Shown here piece by piece: positions 61,300 to 64,000 of a stretch of DNA of 64,000 nucleotides. Numbering within the stretch: the first letter of the stretch is position 1; every line of letters starts with the position of its first letter. The stretch is from Malacoraja senta. Lineage: Eukaryota. Below the pieces are notes generated by a model, which did no database searches, had not been told where the DNA came from, and worked only from the letters and a program-made list of their open reading frames with translations. The DNA lies in assembly GCA_038087875.1 (NCBI GenBank), contig CM075986.1:33356001-33420000 (forward strand). The letters are read 5' to 3'. A program made the position numbers and the translations under genes.

Positions 61300-62480
61300 A
61301 ATTCTATCTGCTTTTATAGTTTCCTCTGGCAACTCATTCCAGATACTGCCCTACCCAATGTGAATAAAAAATGCCCCTGAAGTCCCCTTTAAAATCTCTC
61401 CCCACTCACCTTACGCCTGTGCCCTCCTGTTTTAGAAACCTCTATCCTGGGAAAAAGCCTGTGAGCTTGCACCTCATCCATACCCCTCATGATCTTGTTC
61501 ACCTCAATAAGGTTGCCGCCTAGTGCCCTTTGCTCCAAAGAAAAAAGCCTACCTTATCCTCCCTCTCCCTAAAACAGAACCCCACATGTCCAGACAATAT
61601 CTTGGTGAATCTTTTCCAAGTCCTTTCCAATATAATGACATCCTGTAGCTGGGTGACCAGAACTGCACACAGTACTTACTCCAAGCGTGGTCTCACCAAT
61701 GACTTGTACCGCTGCATTATCATGTCCCAACCTTTATACTCAGTACCCTTCCCATTGAAGGCAGTCGGCCCAAAGCCACCTCAGCTCCCTGTCCACCTAA
61801 CTCGCCACTCTCAGCGAACCATGCCCCTGTATTTCCCCATCTGTCTGTTCTACAACACTCTCCAGGCTCTACCATTTACTGTGTAAGTCCAGCCCTGGTT
61901 TGATCTACCAAAGTCCAACACCCCCTCACTTGTCAGAGTTAAATTCCATTTGGCATTCCTTGGCTCCCCTTCCCAACTGATCTAGATCTTCTTGTAAACT
62001 TATCCTTCTCACTGTCCACTCATGCACTGATTTTGGTGTCATCTGCAAACTTACTGTCAATGTCCACTATATTGTATGGCAAACTGTTAATGTAGATAAC
62101 CAACAACAGTGGTCTCAGCACTGACCCCTGCAGCAGTGCACTTCCTCCAAGCTAATTTAGCTCATGTTGGGTTCCATGTGATCTAACCTTCCACACCAGC
62201 CCACCATGCCAGACCTTGTTCAACCCTATCAGGTTCATGAGGCACAATTTCCCAAACACAAGCCATGCTGTCCCTAATCCTTGGCCCACCCTGCCAAGTG
62301 ATCTAGATCTTGTAAACTTAGGACTATCCCTAATCAGTCCGTGCCTATCCAAATACTGGTAGTTCCTGTCCCTAAGGACATTCCCACCAATGACGTCGTC
62401 AGGCTCACTGGTGTAGATCCCTGGCTTGGCCCTAATGTCCTTCTTCAATTACGCTTCAGTATCAGCCAGTCTTTTGGTGA
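61300..62480 (-). mobile_element. Old CR1 fragments in the J-downstream intron
   Basis: Degenerate RT segments (GSVL.PLLLVIYIN, ..VRSHG.Q.EL.N, CAVL..Y). Confidence 0.6.
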
Positions 62481-62569
62481 TTAATCTGCCTGTTTCCACA
62501 CTGTATTAATCTATGACTCTATGACTCCAGTACCTGCTCCCGCAAAGTGATCCCATCAAACACATCCAG

Positions 62570-62860
62570 GGCAGACAGAGCACGAGTCAAATGCAGAATA
62601 AATCTCCCCGTGTCACTGTGCTGTCAGGTACAGATTAGATACAAAGTTCCATCTGTCCTGTCCCAACGCTCCCAGAAAAGGGACAGCACAGGTTAGACAA
62701 GGAGTGAGGCTCCCTCCAACCTGTCCCCACACACACCCAGGGTACGGGTTAGACACTGAGTGAAGTTCCCTCTACACTGTTACATACTCCCAGTGCAGGG
62801 ACAGAGTGTTTGACACAGAGTCAAGCTCCCTCTACATTGCTCTGTCAAACACTCCTTGTG
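62570..62860. repeat. Degenerate ~65-bp minisatellite-like repeats
   Basis: Recurrent ggttagacac.gagt.aagctccctctaca.tg.....caaacactcc motif, about 4 copies. Confidence 0.45.
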
Positions 62861-63775
62861 TAAATGCTTCAGAACACAGAACGTTCTCTAGATTGTAAAA
62901 CAAATTGATGCTGTTTGGTTCAAAAACAAAGGTTCACAATAATGAATGATTTGAACATAATGAGAGAATGTTGTACATGGTTCTAGATGTGGGTTTTAGC
63001 ACACCAGGTTTTCTTTACATCTTGTATTGAATTTCAACATTTAGAGATCTTTAGTAAGTCAATACCTTTTATTCTTCATTGTGAATTCACTGATGCTCGT
63101 AGTTTAGATTCTGAGTCGAGTTGCTTGGTGTTTTTGACGTGAGTTTTGCTGCACAAAAGAACTGCTTTTTCCCAGTTCACAGATGGAGGAACGGCTCTAA
63201 TTTCCTGCCCTCCTCCGTCAGCCGACTGGGTTTGTCCAACAAGTGCTTTGCTCCATTAACCAGGGCTGCTGGTGTCTCAGTGAATCTCAGTGGTCATTCA
63301 CAGCGCACCGTTCATGGTGTCCCCGAGCCCTTCACAGGCAGTGAGGCATGTTCACAGTAGAGCCGTGTTGTAAAGGAGGGACTGTGGATCCACTCTGCTC
63401 ACAGCAGAATCGGCAAACCGCTGGTGAGGGGGAAATGTTGTCCGAGACTCCACAGATACACTGATCCAATGGACGGGCATCAGGCTGCAATCAGACCCCA
63501 GTTTAATTCCGCAACAACTGTGGAATTTAAACTCTGTTCATAATCTGGGACAGATTGGACCTGTGTCAGATTTCCTTTTGTTAATAACCTGGATTTTGTG
63601 CACTAATCCACAGTAATGATGACCTCTCAGTTTCCCTGCTGTCCCTCAGTGGAGGAGATCTGTTGTCCTTACCCAGTCAAGCCTATTTCTAACCCCTGAC
63701 CCAGCAACGCAATTGGCACTAAATGCCCCCCTGGATGGCAACCCAGATGGGCAGTTTATTGCCCCTGCTGTTCCA

Positions 63776-64000
63776 CCCCAGCACCCAGCTCCTCACCCCA
63801 GCACCCGGCTCCTCACCCCAGCACCCTGCTGCTGCAACCTGCTCCTCACCCCAGCACCCAGCTCCTCAGCCCAGCACCCAGCTCCTCAGCCCAGCACCCA
63901 GCTCCTCACCCCAGCACCCAGCTCCTCACCCCAGCACCCAGCTCCTCAGCCCAGCTCCTCAGCCCAGCACCCAGCTCCTCAGCCCAGCACCCAGCTCCTC
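63776..64000. repeat. 20-bp AGCT/AGCA-rich tandem repeat, running off the window end
   Basis: Unit (c/g)cccagcacccagctcctca, at least 10 copies. Confidence 0.95.

Noticed and set aside
63121-63360. ORF after a pyrimidine-rich AG as a candidate constant exon
   Set aside because: No Ig C1-set pattern (no correctly spaced Cys-Trp-Cys); stops after about 60 codons.

Overview
Vertebrate genomic DNA, most likely from a cartilaginous fish (skate/ray/shark). This is inferred from the repeat content and from the Ig cluster organisation. The window is dominated by transposable elements: many CR1 LINE copies, three DIRS1-type tyrosine-recombinase retrotransposons with inverted termini and ICR, a Tc1 split by one of the DIRS copies, a hAT element, Penelope-like pieces, Rex1/L2 and Crack-like LINE fragments, a Harbinger derivative and a probable Helitron carrying a ~1.9 kb 30-bp minisatellite. 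Two host-gene features are recognisable. (1) The last coding exon of SDR39U1 (minus strand, 1350-1859) carries a frameshifting purine-rich insert and a premature TAG. (2) An unrearranged IgH-type antigen-receptor mini-cluster (plus strand, 59.8-61.0 kb) has leader, VH, a single D and a WGxG J, with complete 23/12-12/23 recombination signals. An AGCT-rich 20-bp tandem repeat lies ~2.8 kb downstream of J. No constant exon is visible, so the isotype (IgW/IgM-like versus TCR-associated Ig-like V) cannot be decided here. There is a 200-N assembly gap at 3303-3502. All family assignments come from motif recognition by eye; no database search was run.
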